NCBI GenBank assembly: GCA_964035545.1
Contig: OZ037767.1
Coordinates: forward strand, 11,108,581-11,172,580
Source of the DNA: Bugula neritina
Lineage: Eukaryota; Animalia; Bryozoa
DNA: 64,000 nucleotides
Reading direction: 5' to 3'
Part shown: positions 61,301 through 64,000 of the stretch, in pieces
Layout of the letters: each line of letters opens with the position of its first letter
How positions within the stretch are numbered: position 1 is the stretch's first letter
Made by a program: the position numbers and the translations under genes
Notes under the pieces: generated by a model
The model's input: the letters and a program-made list of their open reading frames with translations, nothing else
Told to the model about the DNA's origin: nothing
Databases searched by the model: none

Positions 61301-62719
61301 AAGCAATTTTGCCTAGCTTGGCTACCCTTATGAACCTTTCAAATGGCTTCTAATGCTGTGTTAAATGATCTTAGATTTCCGCTACATTACCTTTAAAATT
61401 TCTCACTTGTAATCTACGTATACTTCTACTGGACTAAGTGACTGCATAGTACTAGAAAATAGCCCATTCATTTCCACTAACAATATTGCAGTAAAAAGGT
61501 AGTTGATTCACCAATACCGTTTTTCAGTTTAGATTTGAATAAAATAATTTGAGTATTTTAAAAAATGTGCATTTACATCTATTTCAATGTTTAAACATAC
61601 TTTTATTCCTTCAGCATTCTAATAGATTTTATTAGAATATTTAAATAGTTATAGCATAGCAGTTTAATTTGATTGTTGTTTACTTATTTCAACACATGCA
61701 CTAAGAAATCTGTATGCATTTTACATGTATAGTCTTCATTGTAATTTAGACTTAGAAGGCCTATGCTAGATTCTCATACACACTATAATAGTAGTACATT
61801 GTCAATTAAGAATTATCTTATCCTGAATAATTGTATTAAAAAACAAGGTTTAGATATATCCTCCTATATGCTCAAATTGGAGCAGAATCAATTGATGGCA
61901 ATAGCTGTAACAGCAACAATTAAACTGAAATGAACTGAACAAAGATTGTGCATGCATAGCTTAAAATAAGTTGTTAATATGTTAATTGTGTTGCCATAAA
62001 AAACAGCTTTCTGCATATATATTTTTTCTTGATTTTATTGTCAAATGAATGCTACAGTTTTAGTGATTATTTTAGTTTATATGAATACGATTTTTTAAAA
62101 AATTCTTGCCCCCCACCCTCCATTGGGATTAGAACCCCAGACCTCCGCCTTTCAAGCATTGCACCACAAAGACTATACTAGGTAAACACAATGTACCTAC
62201 TATATTTTTTCATCATACTTTTTAGTTATATAAAGCTGGTATGAGTAGCAAAAATATGCATTGATAGAACATTATGATCAATTAATTATATAAATCAGGT
62301 TGTGAACTAATTTAAAGCATTTCAGCTTATACAATAAAGAAAATACTTGGCTGGTTGCATATTTTGCATAATTAGAGCACAGGCTTACTAAACACAAGGT
62401 TGGTGGTTAGAATTCATACAAAGATCATTTACGTTGTTGGGAAAAACTTTTTGTTGTAATTGCTCTGTTGACACATTAGAAAACAAGTACTTGGTTCCTT
62501 TAAACAAGAGTGGATAACTTCTAAAAATTATCAAAGTAGCAAAGTGTAGGACTATACAGTTATTTAGTTGAGAAAGACAATGCATTATGAACACCTCAGA
62601 TGGTGAATAGATTTGCTGAAACATATATATTTTATTCTCAGTAATATTATCTTTATATCAAAGCAGAGCCAACCATGCAGTATGATTTTCTGTAGAAGTG
62701 TCAGATAGCATATAGCACA

Positions 62720-64000
<1,281 letters not shown>

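Noticed and set aside
62110-62175. Functional tRNA genes here and at 4060-4125 and 56805-56890
   Set aside because: Only A/B-box remnants; acceptor and anticodon stems do not pair, so these are treated as SINE-derived.

Overview
AT-rich, intron-rich genomic DNA from an invertebrate animal. The taxon cannot be fixed from the sequence alone. Most entries in the ORF track are exon fragments or repeat artefacts, so gene models were rebuilt by hand from GT-AG sites and codon phase. Left to right: (1) the 5' part of a spastizin gene (ZFYVE26/SPG15, minus strand, runs off the left edge) with an inserted DUF547-like segment; (2) a head-to-head NEK2 kinase gene with a CCAAT/CCAAT/CHR promoter; (3) a minus-strand unit in which an unannotated 55-aa single-TM smORF splices onto NDUFB1, creating an AUGA stop/start overlap (candidate bicistron); (4) a C6orf120/UPF0669 homologue; (5) mitochondrial GCAT; (6) an unrecognised 10-exon gene for a 362-aa secreted precursor with two tandem 8-Cys helical domains and a four-helix-cytokine-like exon layout, plus the 3' end of a tandem paralogue at the right edge. 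Introns and spacers hold LINE, RTE and RLE retrotransposon fragments, tRNA-derived SINE heads, a Harbinger-type MITE, many mini/microsatellites (several copy splice sites), and a perfect 89-bp inverted repeat between (TA)n arrays. The best novelty candidates are the secreted tandem-domain family and the smORF-NDUFB1 bicistron.
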